Shown here one piece after another: positions 23,393 through 35,081 of a stretch of DNA of 46,388 nucleotides (its first letter is position 1; every line of letters starts with the position of its first letter). The stretch is from the NCBI RefSeq assembly GCF_001194135.2, contig NC_068991.1, positions 78,673,712 to 78,720,099 of the forward strand. The letters run 5' to 3'. The notes beneath the pieces were generated by a model that saw only the letters and a list, made by a program, of their open reading frames with translations, searched no databases and had not been told where the DNA came from. The position numbers were made by a program, and so were the translations under genes. Source of the DNA: Octopus bimaculoides. Lineage: Eukaryota.

Positions 23393-23570
23393 GATAGATC
23401 GCTTGCCAATAAACCTTTTTCTTTCTTCTCTCCCTGTTTATTTCTGTGTTCCTTTCTGTCGAAGAGCGTGGGCTCGAACCGTAAAAGACTTCCTCACTTC
23501 CCGAGCGTTAAACTGATACATCTGTTTGCTGTTTACACACCCGTCTTCGTCTTTTGTAAATTCTCACTAT
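23188..23570 (+). mobile_element. Interspersed repeat resembling a Penelope-like terminal region, with a decayed hammerhead at 23452-23487
   Basis: 23188-23310 aligns with 30854-30975 (GATGAAG..GTTCTTTATGTT...TCCATTTGTTTCTCTCGTT...CGTATTTCATGTTGTTTAC). After a microsatellite it carries CTTT-CTGTCGA-A-GAGC(GTGG)GCTC-GAACC-GTA-AAAG. Confidence 0.55.
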
Positions 23571-24004
23571 ACACACGTGCATATATATCTATCTATCTAT
23601 CTATCTANNNNNNNNNNNNNNNNNNNNNNNNNNNNNNNNNNNNNNNNNNNNNNNNNNNNNNNNNNNNNNNNNNNNNNNNNNNNNNNNNNNNNNNNNNNNN
23701 NNNNNNNNNNNNNNNNNNNNNNNNNNNNNNNNNNNNNNNNNNNNNNNNNNNNNNNNNNNNNNNNNNNNNNNNNNNNNNNNNNNNNCGAAAAGAGACAAAA
23801 TGAAGATAAAAATGTAGAGAATTGTTCGCTACCATCCTTCTCTCTGAGAGCTCTTAATTCCTTCTCTTTGTTTCTTCACACTTCTTCCTGGAGTTTATGT
23901 TACGTTTTGTAGTTTTTAATTCAAACTTTTAAATGATTACATCAGAAACAACCCAGCAGTTGGTAAAGCACCGATGCACATATATTCATATGCAACAATG
24001 CTTT

Positions 24005-25040
24005 ACCAGTGCATATACAACAAGAACCACGCTAATAGCTGAGGAGTGAAATTTGGGATTTCTCAGTTTTCTGTGAATCGATTTTGATAAAACCTTTCCC
24101 AGCTGGTTTGTACACTATGACAACACCATTCTTATGTTTTCATTATTCTGTGTAACGTCCTTTCTTTTTTATTTCGGAAACTTCAGTTTTTGAGTGGACC
24201 ACGCTAATAGCTTTTGAATGAAAATAACCCATCTAGACACTGTTTTTTCAGAAAATGAAGGGTAATGATACATGTTAAGCATACATTGAGTATAAATTTA
24301 ACGGAAAACCATAATATTATAACATTTATTGACATAATGAATTATTTAGCCACGAGAGCATCACTTCGACGGATAACTTCAAAAACCTTATTAGTCATGG
24401 AATCTGTCAATTTCTTAATAGTAAGGTTGGACTGTTTCTGCTACAGCTTTGATGTTCGCTCATAAAATATCTTTCGATGTAAATTTGTGTCCATTGGCAC
24501 AAGCATCTTGTTTAATGATGGACCAAAGATTTTCGATAGGATTGGGATCCGGAGATGCTGGTGGCCACACCATCAACCTTTCACCTTGTATGCCGTAAGG
24601 CCTTGGGAATGTTTGGTTGGTTCTAGCAGAGTGGGAGGGGGCGTTGTCAAGCATGAATACGAGATTTCTTAGAAGTGACAATGGTATGTCATCTAGCCAA
24701 GAATCCAAGACCTCCTTCAATAGATTGTAGTAGGGGGCTGCGGTCATTTTAACCCCTTCAGGCACCCTGACTGGGGCAATAAGTCTGTCCCCAATGATAC
24801 CAGCTCACAACATGACTCCTCTACCCTGTTGTTGACGTCGTAAAAGTTAGTGACGCTCATCTCCAAAATAGACCCCACCATTTGCCCAACCATCAGGTCC
24901 GTCAAGGGCCACTCTGGTTTCGTCAGTGAACAGAACACAACTCATGTCTAACGTCATGTACTTTTGGGCCCATTGAAGCCTCAATGTAAAGAGGGGCAGT
25001 TACAAGGGTTCTCGTATGGAAGCCATGGTCTTCAACGATG
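24005..25040 (-). mobile_element. Tc1-like transposon 3' part, DD37E-type transposase pseudogene
   Basis: RLQWAQKYMTLDMSCVLFTDETRVALDGPDGWANGW...RRQQ..GVM..AGII...VPEGVKM...FMLDNAPSH...WPPASPDPNPIENLWSIIK. There are 37 residues between the second D and the E. Stops and frameshifts are present, and the left boundary is approximate. Confidence 0.88.
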
Positions 25041-25400
25041 AGTAGAGGGTAACTTTTTTGATAAAGCTGAAAAGCAGTCAGATGATGAGGGACTCACTGA
25101 GCAAGTTTAGACACTTTTTCGAGTCCATGAAGGTGTTTTGCGATTCTGTGATCAGAATTGAATTGCTTTGCTAATTGTCTTGCTGTTTGCTTTTGATTTT
25201 CCCCAACTGTAGTTTTCAGGAGCACAATATTGACATAACTTGGTCGCGTTCAGATCGAGACGAATCTGCAGGAGAAGAATTTCCGTTGACATGTCTGGAC
25301 ACTTAAAGCTTCATTTCAATAGGCATAAGGAATATTTCCGTTGCTGAAGAGCCCTCTTTTGCGTTCATACTGCATAGTTTCAAATATGGGTCTACAATGG
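25040..25400 (-). mobile_element. mariner transposase N-terminal half (decayed), fused to the Tc1-like piece
   Basis: NEALSVQTCQRKF and QLAKQFNSDHRIAKHLHGLEKVSKLAQ*VPHHLT, a decayed WVPHEL linker motif. Confidence 0.75.
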
Positions 25401-25560
25401 TAAAGCCGAAATGAATTTAACCACGATGGTATAAATTAATCTGCATAAATTTCTATAGACTTTTGCACATACATACACATTTACATGAATTTATACACAG
25501 AGATAATCCCCTTCCTCTTTCTCTCTCCCTATACATATAATTTTACTATATGTATTCATG

Positions 25561-25601
<41 letters not shown>

Positions 25602-26002
25602 ATAGGAATTTATGAATAAATAAAGAATCAAGTTTGGAATCATAGTTTGTATATAGGAAAAGATGACATTAAACATTGTTATAAAATGTTTCTAATTTTC
25701 TGATTTTTATATTTCATTTTATAGTTGAGCATATCTAAACAATGTTCAATGTTGTGATAAATTTTCGTTTTCGGTCTGATAGAAAAATAAACGCAGGACC
25801 TGAGAAAAATTAATGATGGCTTGTGTTTGTGTAAACTCTTCAATAAAATATAAATTAGCAAATTTGGGCAACAGCATGTGGTGTTGGTGTTGATGGTGGC
25901 GGTGGTGGGCATACAAATATCCTGATGCTCTGAGGATAGCCCCTGCAGGACACAATTCATACCTGATGCTGTCTTCATAATGCCCCTTCCATGTTTAGGG
26001 CT

Positions 26003-26060
<58 letters not shown>

Positions 26061-26371
26061 CATCCATCCATCTGTCTATTTATCTAGTTGTCTGTCTATC
26101 TATCAATCTAATCTATATATGTATATGTATGTATACATACATAGATATTTATATACATGTATATATACATATATGTGTGTATGAACATATGTGCGTACGA
26201 ATATATACTTATGTATGTAATTACTCATATATATATATATACATATATTCACACATACGCACACACACACAATATACTGTTCCATGATGGAAAGATCAAT
26301 ATAAAAAAACTCCGTCTGGTGAGCGATAAATATTATTTAATAAACACAGTATATTTATTTATGTGCGACTA

Positions 26372-26545
26372 TTAGTTTCATGTGATGAAAGCATGACAAA
26401 CTGAAATAGGACGATAGGAGGAGTCTCTCATCCTATCGTCCTGTGTTTTAGCTTGTTATGCTATGTGGGCAGTGCCTGAAGATTGCGTTGAGACACCAGA
26501 CGTGTTAAAACATACTGTCTGGGATGCTTTCATTTCATGAAACTT
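26372..26545. repeat. Nested inverted-repeat element
   Basis: Outer IR TAGTTTCATGTGATGAAAGCAT / ATGCTTTCATTTCATGAAACTTA. An internal perfect 12-bp hairpin AGGACGATAGGA / TCCTATCGTCCT (26408-26442) extends imperfectly outward. Confidence 0.65.
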
Positions 26546-26799
26546 ATAGTAGCACATAAAAAACATATATTGTGTGTATGTGTATTCTTGCTACAAGCTA
26601 TGTTACATATTATTATTATCAATAATAATAATAATGATGATGATGATCATGATGGTGATGGTGATGATGATAGACTCTCCCTTCGAAGACGACGTATTAG
26701 TGTCCAGCTTTTTTGCCGAACGACCTGTAGAAATGATTTGTTTCTAGTGATCAAATGTTTGCTGTGCTGTACATTAGCTCACTCCCTCCTCCATCAAAT

Positions 26800-27250
26800 C
26801 GGCGTTGACTGAATAGATGCACTGTGTACCATGCGACAGACTAACAACAAGGCGCCAGGAGCTGCTTTCGGCAGGGTGAGAGGCCAATGTGCCTCACTGG
26901 AAAGCTACCACCCACCTCAAGCTAGGCAGCCCCCAGCCAGTTAGGTGCTGTCACGTCACAGTCCACTTGCCCCACTGGGGCTTAGCGAAACTAATATCCT
27001 GAAAAGTGGGCTGTAAACACTTCACCAAGAAAAACAAAGCAGACAATCTAACAAACAACGCAAAACACCAGCATTCAGACCCGGATGTTGGGACATAAGG
27101 ACCATGAAAACTAGACTGTCAGATGACTTTCAAAAGATGAGCGACACACACAACACATCAATGGTCAAGAACAAACTGCTACAACTCTGAGCAGCACTCC
27201 AAGAAACGAGGCTCCCAGATTCGGGGGGACCCTTCGTGAAAGTGAGTATA
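26800..27250 (+). mobile_element. RTE-clade LINE 5' end (5' UTR plus APE endonuclease N-terminus)
   Basis: PGCWDIRTMKT...AALQETRLPDSG(T)LRESE matches the RTE 'G.WNVRTM...IAALQETRL...G.L.E' motif. It is truncated by (TA)n and a gap. Confidence 0.85.
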
Positions 27251-27850
27251 TGTATATATATATATATATATNNNNNNNNNNNNNNNNNNNNNNNNNNNNN
27301 NNNNNNNNNNNNNNNNNNNNNNNNNNNNNNNNNNNNNNNNNNNNNNNNNNNNNNNNNNNNNNNNNNNNNNNNNNNNNNNNNNNNNNNNNNNNNNNNNNNN
27401 NNNNNNNNNNNNNNNNNNNNNNNNNNNNNNNNNNNNNNNNNNNNNNNNNNNNNNNNNNNNNNNNNNNNNNNNNNNNNNNNNNNNNNNNNNNNNNNNNNNN
27501 NNNNNNNNNNNNNNNNNNNNNNNNNNNNNNNNNNNNNNNNNNNNNNNNNNNNNNNNNNNNNNNNNNNNNNNNNNNNNNNNNNNNNNNNNNNNNNNNNNNN
27601 NNNNNNNNNNNNNNNNNNNNNNNNNNNNNNNNNNNNNNNNNNNNNNNNNNNNNNNNNNNNNNNNNNNNNNNNNNNNNNNNNNNNNNNNNNNNNNNNNNNN
27701 NNNNNNNNNNNNNNNNNNNNNNNNNNNNNNNNNNNNNNNNNNNNNNNNNNNNNNNNNNNNNNNNNNNNNNNNNNNNNNNNNNNNNNNNNNNNNNNNNNNN
27801 NNNNNNNNNNNNNNNNNNNNNNNNNNNNNNNNNNNNNNNNNNNNNNNNNN

Positions 27851-27883
<33 letters not shown>

Positions 27884-29444
27884 TATTTATACTTGCGAGT
27901 ATACATATATATGTTCAAAGGCTAATAAGAGAGGAACGATATTTTATGGTATAAGGAAAACTGGTCCTTCTGCAATTTTGGTCCAAATATAAGGAAGCTA
28001 ATTACCAATGCCCGAAGGAATTTCGTTTTGGTGAATGAGATTAGAATATCAGTAAAGGAAACAATATATAAATATCCAATTTCATTAGAAATATTAGTGA
28101 AAGATGAAAAACAGGGCTGTTTGCACTTGTTGCTTTTGTTATTTGTTTATGCAGGGATACGTTTATGCTTTTGTTTTTGTATGTATCGATCTATTTATGT
28201 ACGTAGATATGTTTGCGTACGTGCCTTCGAATATTCGTGTGTGCGTATGTGTGTGTGTGTGTGTATGTGCGTGTGTGTGTGCTTGTGTGTGTGTGTGTGT
28301 GTGCGTGTTTGTATGTGTGTGTACTTGCGCGTATGTGCGCTTGAGTATGTGCACAACTGTGGAGAGTATGTTTCCATTTGTGTTCAAACGAACAGCATCT
28401 TAGGCGGTTTTGTTTCGTTATCTTTCCCAAGAATCATGAAAGGGTAACAATGGTTCTAAAGAATTGCAAAAGTAGCGTGTGCATTTATTTATCTGCAAAT
28501 ATCATTTCTTACGTGATGTCTATATATAAACACCATTAAGACGTCATATCGTCGCATGAATAATGGTAGAGTAACTACGATAATATGTTGCTGTATTTAA
28601 TAATGTCTCTACTTGTTCCGAGTTCAAATGACGCTAACTGCACATGACATCCACTTCGGAACGATACCATAAATTGACGCATATTCTTTTTCAATCAGCT
28701 GTATTCTTCATTCAGATTTTGTGATCTTTCAATATTATAAATCGGTTTGTATAATATCAATAGTACGGTGCAATTGGTTAAGTACCTGGTTTGCTTTTTT
28801 CCGCCGCTGTTGACTCGAGCAAATATTTCCACGTGCCTGAGGCAAATGAGGTGGCGCAGTCTTTACAACATTGGTTTGTTTTGCTTGGAACTTTATGCCC
28901 GCGTTTCTGGGTTCCTACCGAGGGCAGCTGTTTTTTTCCCCCCTTTTGAGATCCTTAAAGAAAATATCAATCCATTACTGCATTCGAATCTTTTTCTCTG
29001 TCTGTCTGTCTCTGTCTGTCTGTCTCTGTCTTTCTCTTTACCACTATCTTTCTCTTCCGAAGAAATCGGCTGTTGTCAGCCCTGCAGATGGCTAGGTTCA
29101 ACCAGCTTTAAAATGCCCTAGATGCGGTGTTCCAGTCACAATCGCAAGTTGACAGCTCAAGGTAAGGCAAGACAAAAGAAAGCGTGAAATGGAACGGGGA
29201 TCAGTTCGATTGACGGTACCTCTCCCCTTTAAGAAATTAGCTTCGTTCACATATCTGCAAACCCGTTGCTACTACACAAACACTCACACACACACACACA
29301 CACACAAACAGAGATTGCATTAAAAGCATCGTATCTTTCTAACCGGGGAAGGTGCAGTCATTCACCAGCACGCAGCAGCCCCTACTTTACCGAGGCGAAG
29401 TTCCCACTTGCCTGTTTCTTTCTACCGTTTCTTAAAAAACTTAC

Positions 29445-29575
29445 GTTCTTCAAATTGATGAGCCAGTCTTTAAGGAAATCCAATAATCCAACAAATGAAT
29501 TTGGAATCTCTTTGTTGGTTCTGCTAGAAATAGCAACTAAATATCCTTGAAACGGTACGTTACTATCTTCAAATT
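29445..29575 (-). CDS. Candidate coding exon of an unidentified gene
   Basis: Open frame (E)FEDSNVPFQGYLVAISSRTNKEIPNSFVGLLDFLKDWLINLKN ending at the consensus donor AAC|GTAAGT in phase 0. The putative acceptor TTTATATCAAG| lies next to a gap, so the exon may extend further. Confidence 0.55.
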
Positions 29576-30406
29576 CTTGATATAAANNNNNNNNNNNNNN
29601 NNNNNNNNNNNNNNNNNNNNNNNNNNNNNNNNNNNNNNNNNNNNNNNNNNNNNNNNNNNNNNNNNNNNNNNNNNNNNNNNNNNNNNNNNNNNNNNNNNNN
29701 NNNNNNNNNNNNNNNNNNNNNNNNNNNNNNNNNNNNNNNNNNNNNNNNNNNNNNNNNNNNNNNNNNNNNNNNNNNNNNNNNNNNNNNNNNNNNNNNNNNN
29801 NNNNNNNNNNNNNNNNNNNNNNNNNNNNNNNNNNNNNNNNNNNNNNNNNNNNNNNNNNNNNNNNNNNNNNNNNNNNNNNNNNNNNNNNNNNNNNNNNNNN
29901 NNNNNNNNNNNNNNNNNNNNNNNNNNNNNNNNNNNNNNNNNNNNNNNNNNNNNNNNNNNNNNNNNNNNNNNNNNNNNNNNNNNNNNNNNNNNNNNNNNNN
30001 NNNNNNNNNNNNNNNNNNNNNNNNNNNNNNNNNNNNNNNNNNNNNNNNNNNNNNNNNNNNNNNNNNNNNNNNNNNNNNNNNNNNNNNNNNNNNNNNNNNN
30101 NNNNNNNNNNNNNNNNNNNNNNNNNNNNNNNNNNNNNNNNNNNNNNNNNNNNNNNNNNNNNNNNNNNNNNNNNNNNNNNNNNNNNNNNNNNNNNNNNNNN
30201 NNNNNNNNNNNNNNNNNNNNNNNNNNNNNNNNNNNNNNNNNNNNNNNNNNNNNNNNNNNNNNNNNNNNNNNNNNNNNNNNNNNNNNNNNNNNNNNNNNNN
30301 NNNNNNNNNNNNNNNNNNNNNNNNNNNNNNNNNNNNNNNNNNNNNNNNNNNNNNNNNNNNNNNNNNNNNNNNNNNNNNNNNNNNNNNNNNNNNNNNNNNN
30401 NNNNNN

Positions 30407-30457
<51 letters not shown>

Positions 30458-30853
30458 GTTTTGCTCCCCTTCACCGTTTTCAAACTGTCTCTCTCTCTCT
30501 CCCTCATTCTCCGTTTCTCTCTCTCGTCGCTCACATGTGACCATCGTCCATCTTTCTATTCCTCACGTCATCATCTTTCTTTTCTTTCATGACTGTCGTA
30601 AGGACAACACATATCCTATCTCTCTCTTTTCTTTTCCGGTGTTCGCTATTTGTACCCCCCGTTCAGGTCTAACAAACCTCCATGATTGTTTTCGTTTGAT
30701 TTCCTTGTTTGTCTCCACTGTCCTGTTTTTGCTCCCAACTTTGACCCTCCATAAGTCCCAAATTTTATTTTGGCTCGTATGGGAGCAACTGTCTTCGAAG
30801 ACTCATATTGTCGTTCAACGCTCGAAGCGAGTAATAGATAGAAAGCCGATAAC

Positions 30854-30975
30854 TGATGAAGCGTCGTTCTTTATGTTACTTGTCTTGTTTTCCATTTGTT
30901 TCTCTCGTTTGCGTATTGAACTCATTTCCTTTCGTATTTCATGTTGTTTACTGTTTGGTGACGCCCTGTATCCAT
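30854..30975 (+). mobile_element. Second copy of the 23188 repeat
   Basis: By-eye alignment to 23188-23310; it is followed by the same TA/TG microsatellite. Confidence 0.75.
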
Positions 30976-31099
30976 ATATACATGTATATGTGTGTGTGTG
31001 TGTATACACACACACACACACACATACATATATATTATTTATATTATATATTTATATATGTATGTATATCATGTATGTATGTGTGCGTGAAAAGAATAA

Positions 31100-31188
31100 T
31101 AAATACTGGGGCAATTTATTCGACTAAAACTTCTTTAAGCTGGTGCCCCAGCATGGCCGCAGTTCAATGATTGAAATAAGTGAAAGTT
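31100..31188 (+). mobile_element. 5'-truncated SINE family A tail
   Basis: CTGGGGCAATTTATTCGACTAAAAC...GGTGCCCCAGCATGGCCGCAGTTCAATGATTGAAATAAG. Confidence 0.8.
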
Positions 31189-31190
31189 AA

Positions 31191-31233
<43 letters not shown>

Positions 31234-31849
31234 ACATATGTATATATATAGATACATATGTGTGTGTATGCAGATATAAACTCATATATACACTTATAGA
31301 AGCGTCTTCCTCCATCTCTCTTTCCCACACACATATACACCGAACTGTATATATAGATGTATATATATGTAATTGTAGATATGTGTATGTAATTGTATAT
31401 ATGCGTATGTGATTATGTATGTTTGCATGTAATTATGTATGCATAACATAGTTCATATGAAATGTTACATTTCTGTATTGCATTTTATTATATATTCGAA
31501 GGCGCATCTGATGCTGTAATGTAGAGGAAAGATATCAAGTAGGAAGAGAAGAATACCAAGACATAGGAGAGAGAAGAGGAAGAACCAGAAGAGCTGTGAG
31601 GAATGGATACAAGAGAAACATTGAGAAAAGGTGTGAAGAAAGCGGACGGGAATGGGCAGACGACAAAGCAAAATGAAAAGAAAGAACGCAGGCGGAAGGT
31701 GACGATGTTGCTGCTACTGCTGTTGCAGATGATAAAGTGTGATGACGGTGACGACGATGACGGTAATGATGCAGATGATGATGACGATGATGATGATGAC
31801 GACGGCGACGATGACGCTGATGCTGACGGTGGTGGAGGAGAAGGAAGAA

Positions 31850-32190
31850 TGAAAGAAGATGAAGGAGGAAGCGTAGGGGGAGAAGGAAGAAAATGAAGAT
31901 GAAAAAAAACACGAATAAAGTAAAAGAAAGCGAAGGAGAGAAAGAAGAAAAAAGAAGGAAGAGGAGGAGGAGAAGAAGAAGAGGAAGAAAGAAAAGAAAA
32001 AGAAAAAAGGAGAAAGAAAGGATGAAGGAGGAGGAGGAGGAGGAGGAGGAGGAGGAGGAGAATGTGGGATGGGAAAAACGTGAGGAATGAAATAGAAAAA
32101 AAGAAAACAGAAAAAGTATATACGCATATATAGAGAGAGAAGGGGAGAGAGGGAGGGGGAAGCAGAGAGGGAGGGAGGGAGAGAGATGGG
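31850..32190. repeat. Polypurine (GAA/GGA/GA) low-complexity tract
   Basis: Direct reading; includes (GAG)n at ~32027-32060. Confidence 0.9.
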
Positions 32191-32584
32191 TATGAGTGAT
32201 ACAGAGATTGTTAGAATATATAAATAGCTTAACGAATATTATTAGATAACGCTGAACCCTTTTCTTTGGGGAGATTTTTCAGTTATTTTAATAAACATGT
32301 TTAGTCAAAACCCAAACTTGATAGAGAAGGTTTTAAAAATTTAAATGAAACGCAAGTTTACTCAAGAAACTTAAGAATGGTGGTGGATCTCTGTCGGTTC
32401 ACAATGAGGATTCAGTTGTTTAACGACCTGAATTGTCTGCTTTTGAAGTAAATGTATAAGTAGCTGAGCATTTCACAAACATGAGCACCTTTAGCATTAT
32501 TCTAGATTGAGATCAGCGTGATACAGGGTGCGACAAAGCTGCACCCTTCGAAATCTAGGCACAATACACCTGATGCGCTTCGGT

Positions 32585-32710
32585 ACAGTTTCCGTCTACA
32601 TAATTTCACTTATAAGCTATGGATCAAATCGAGGCTATAGAAAATAACATTTGTTTAAGAACCCGGGACCTCGCGCTTGTGAAGCGAACTTCTTAACTAT
32701 TCAGCCATAT
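32585..32710 (-). mobile_element. Decayed, internally deleted SINE family A
   Basis: CAGTTTCCGTCTAC...GAGGCTATAG...GAACCCGGGACCTCGCGCTTGTGAAGCGAACTTCTTAAC. Confidence 0.65.
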
Positions 32711-32961
32711 TATATATATATTAATATTTCGCTTTGGCATAGCGAGCTATCAACAAACTTTCCCACTCATAACGCCTTCATGTTCTGAAAGTGTAACTTT
32801 CCCAGATAAAGCAAACTTCATATTCAAGGCTCTGATGAAGCTATAGGATGTTATCCTAGTACTCAACTTAGAGTCCACCACATCTTATAAAAGAAACAGC
32901 TGTAAGCTAAGGAAGTTCATTACATAACATTTGCTTTTCTGGTGTCATCTCTTTCTTTCAT

Positions 32962-33021
<60 letters not shown>

Positions 33022-33557
33022 CACATATATATACATATATGTAAATGTATATAGACACAAAACACACACACACACATACATAAACAAACACACACAAGGA
33101 ATATGGGGAGTGATATTTGTATCCTGGTGACGTGTTATCTTACTTAGAGATATTTTAAATGGTAAAATAAATGTTAAGCTATCCGACATTTAATGCTTAC
33201 TTTATCATAATATATTTTATTTTATTTATTATTCTTTGTTTCTCTATAATTTTTATTAAATTTGTTACTTTAAGCACTCAATATTTATGTAATATCCATC
33301 CATCCATCCATCCGCTCGTACGACACTATTCAGGTACCACGCCGACTGTATTTCCTTATTTGGCACACAGACCATGACAGTGAGGGGAACGGCACAAGGA
33401 CAGACAGAACACCACATTGGGGACAAAAAACAAAACGAATGAATGAGAGATGTATAATAATTAAATATATATATGTATATAATTATTAATTTAATATATA
33501 TATATATAATTATTAATTTAATATATATATATAATTATTAATTTAATATATATATCT

Positions 33558-33735
33558 CTTTTACTCTTTTACTTGTTTCAGTCATTTGATTGTGGCCATG
33601 CTGGAGCACCGCCTTTAGTCGAGGAAATCGACCCCAGGACTTATTCTTTGTAAGCCTAATACTTATTCTATCGGTCTCTTTTTGCCGAACCGCTAAGTTA
33701 CGGCGACGTAAACAAACCAGCATCGGTTGTCATGG
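33558..33735 (-). mobile_element. SINE family A 3' half
   Basis: TTTTACTTGTTTCAGTCATTTGATTGTGGCCATGCTGGAGCACCGCC...GCCGAACCGCTAAGTTACGG; it runs into a gap. Confidence 0.9.
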
Positions 33736-34217
33736 NNNNNNNNNNNNNNNNNNNNNNNNNNNNNNNNNNNNNNNNNNNNNNNNNNNNNNNNNNNNNNNNN
33801 NNNNNNNNNNNNNNNNNNNNNNNNNNNNNNNNNNNNNNNNNNNNNNNNNNNNNNNNNNNNNNNNNNNNNNNNNNNNNNNNNNNNNNNNNNNNNNNNNNNN
33901 NNNNNNNNNNNNNNNNNNNNNNNNNNNNNNNNNNNNNNNNNNNNNNNNNNNNNNNNNNNNNNNNNNNNNNNNNNNNNNNNNNNNNNNNNNNNNNNNNNNN
34001 NNNNNNNNNNNNNNNNNNNNNNNNNNNNNNNNNNNNNNNNNNNNNNNNNNNNNNNNNNNNNNNNNNNNNNNNNNNNNNNNNNNNNNNNNNNNNNNNNNNN
34101 NNNNNNNNNNNNNNNNNNNNNNNNNNNNNNNNNNNNNNNNNNNNNNNNNNNNNNNNNNNNNNNNNNNNNNNNNNNNNNNNNNNNNNNNNNNNNNNNNNNN
34201 NNNNNNNNNNNNNNNNN

Positions 34218-35081
34218 TGGATCATCCCATAAATGATGCGGTTTTTCAATTGCATGAACGAAAAGTCGGAGGGGATGGGATAAACTACCTGCATCAACTT
34301 GCTATAAAAGTAGGTAGTTATTTTACCTTGTGCTTATTCTTAGTGCAAGTTTTGAAGAGTGCAGTTCGATTTTAACAGTTAATTTTTCAGAGGAGCATCT
34401 TCGGCATATTTTTCTTTATGAGTTCAATAAAGGCAACAATGCAATGGAAAATGCGAGGAATATTAATGCAGTATATGGTGATCGGACAATAAGCAAAATC
34501 CTGTGTCAACGGTGTTTCCGGAAATTCCTAAAAGATGAGTCTCATCCTGGAAGATCTGTAGAACTCGACGAGGACGTCCTGCAAATCCTGCTGGAACAAA
34601 ATCCCATCGTAACTGTTGAGGAACTTGCAGAGAAGCTTAGATTTGGTCATTCAACCATTCATCGACACTTGCGCCAGAAGAAAAACGACCATCTTTGGTT
34701 TCAAGACGAAAGGTGTTCTTCGGTGAGGATAATGCTCGGCCACATACAGCAAGGATGACATTCTAAAGGCTGGAGCAGTTTCAATGGGAAACGATGTCCC
34801 ACCAACCATATTCGCCGGACATTGTCCCATCTGCAGTCTTCAAAATCATTTCGACAGAAAAAAACATGAATTGTGTAGATGAGGTCAGAACAGTACTAGA
34901 GGAGCATTTTTCATCTCGGACAAGTGAAGTTTGGAAGAGGGGCTTTGCAACTCTACCAGATAGATGGAAGAGCGTCGTAGTAAATGGAGTATATTTTAGA
35001 TTAAAAAAGAACTTTGTTTATCTTAATTTTGAGAAATGAAAGAAGTATAAAAAACCGCATCATTTATGGGACGACCCAATA
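34218..35081 (+). mobile_element. Internally deleted mariner (DD34D) with both TIRs
   Basis: TIRs GGATCATCCCATAAATGATGCGGTTTTT / AAAAACCGCATCATTTATGGGACGACCCAA-TA. The protein reads EEHLRHIFLYEFNKG...VEELAEKL...STIHRHL, then a deletion, then DNARPHTA...PYSPDIVPS (34-residue spacing) and LPDRWKSVV. Confidence 0.93.

Noticed and set aside
32142-32190. G-quadruplex-capable G-runs
   Set aside because: A by-product of the (GA/GGA) low-complexity tract; not distinctive.
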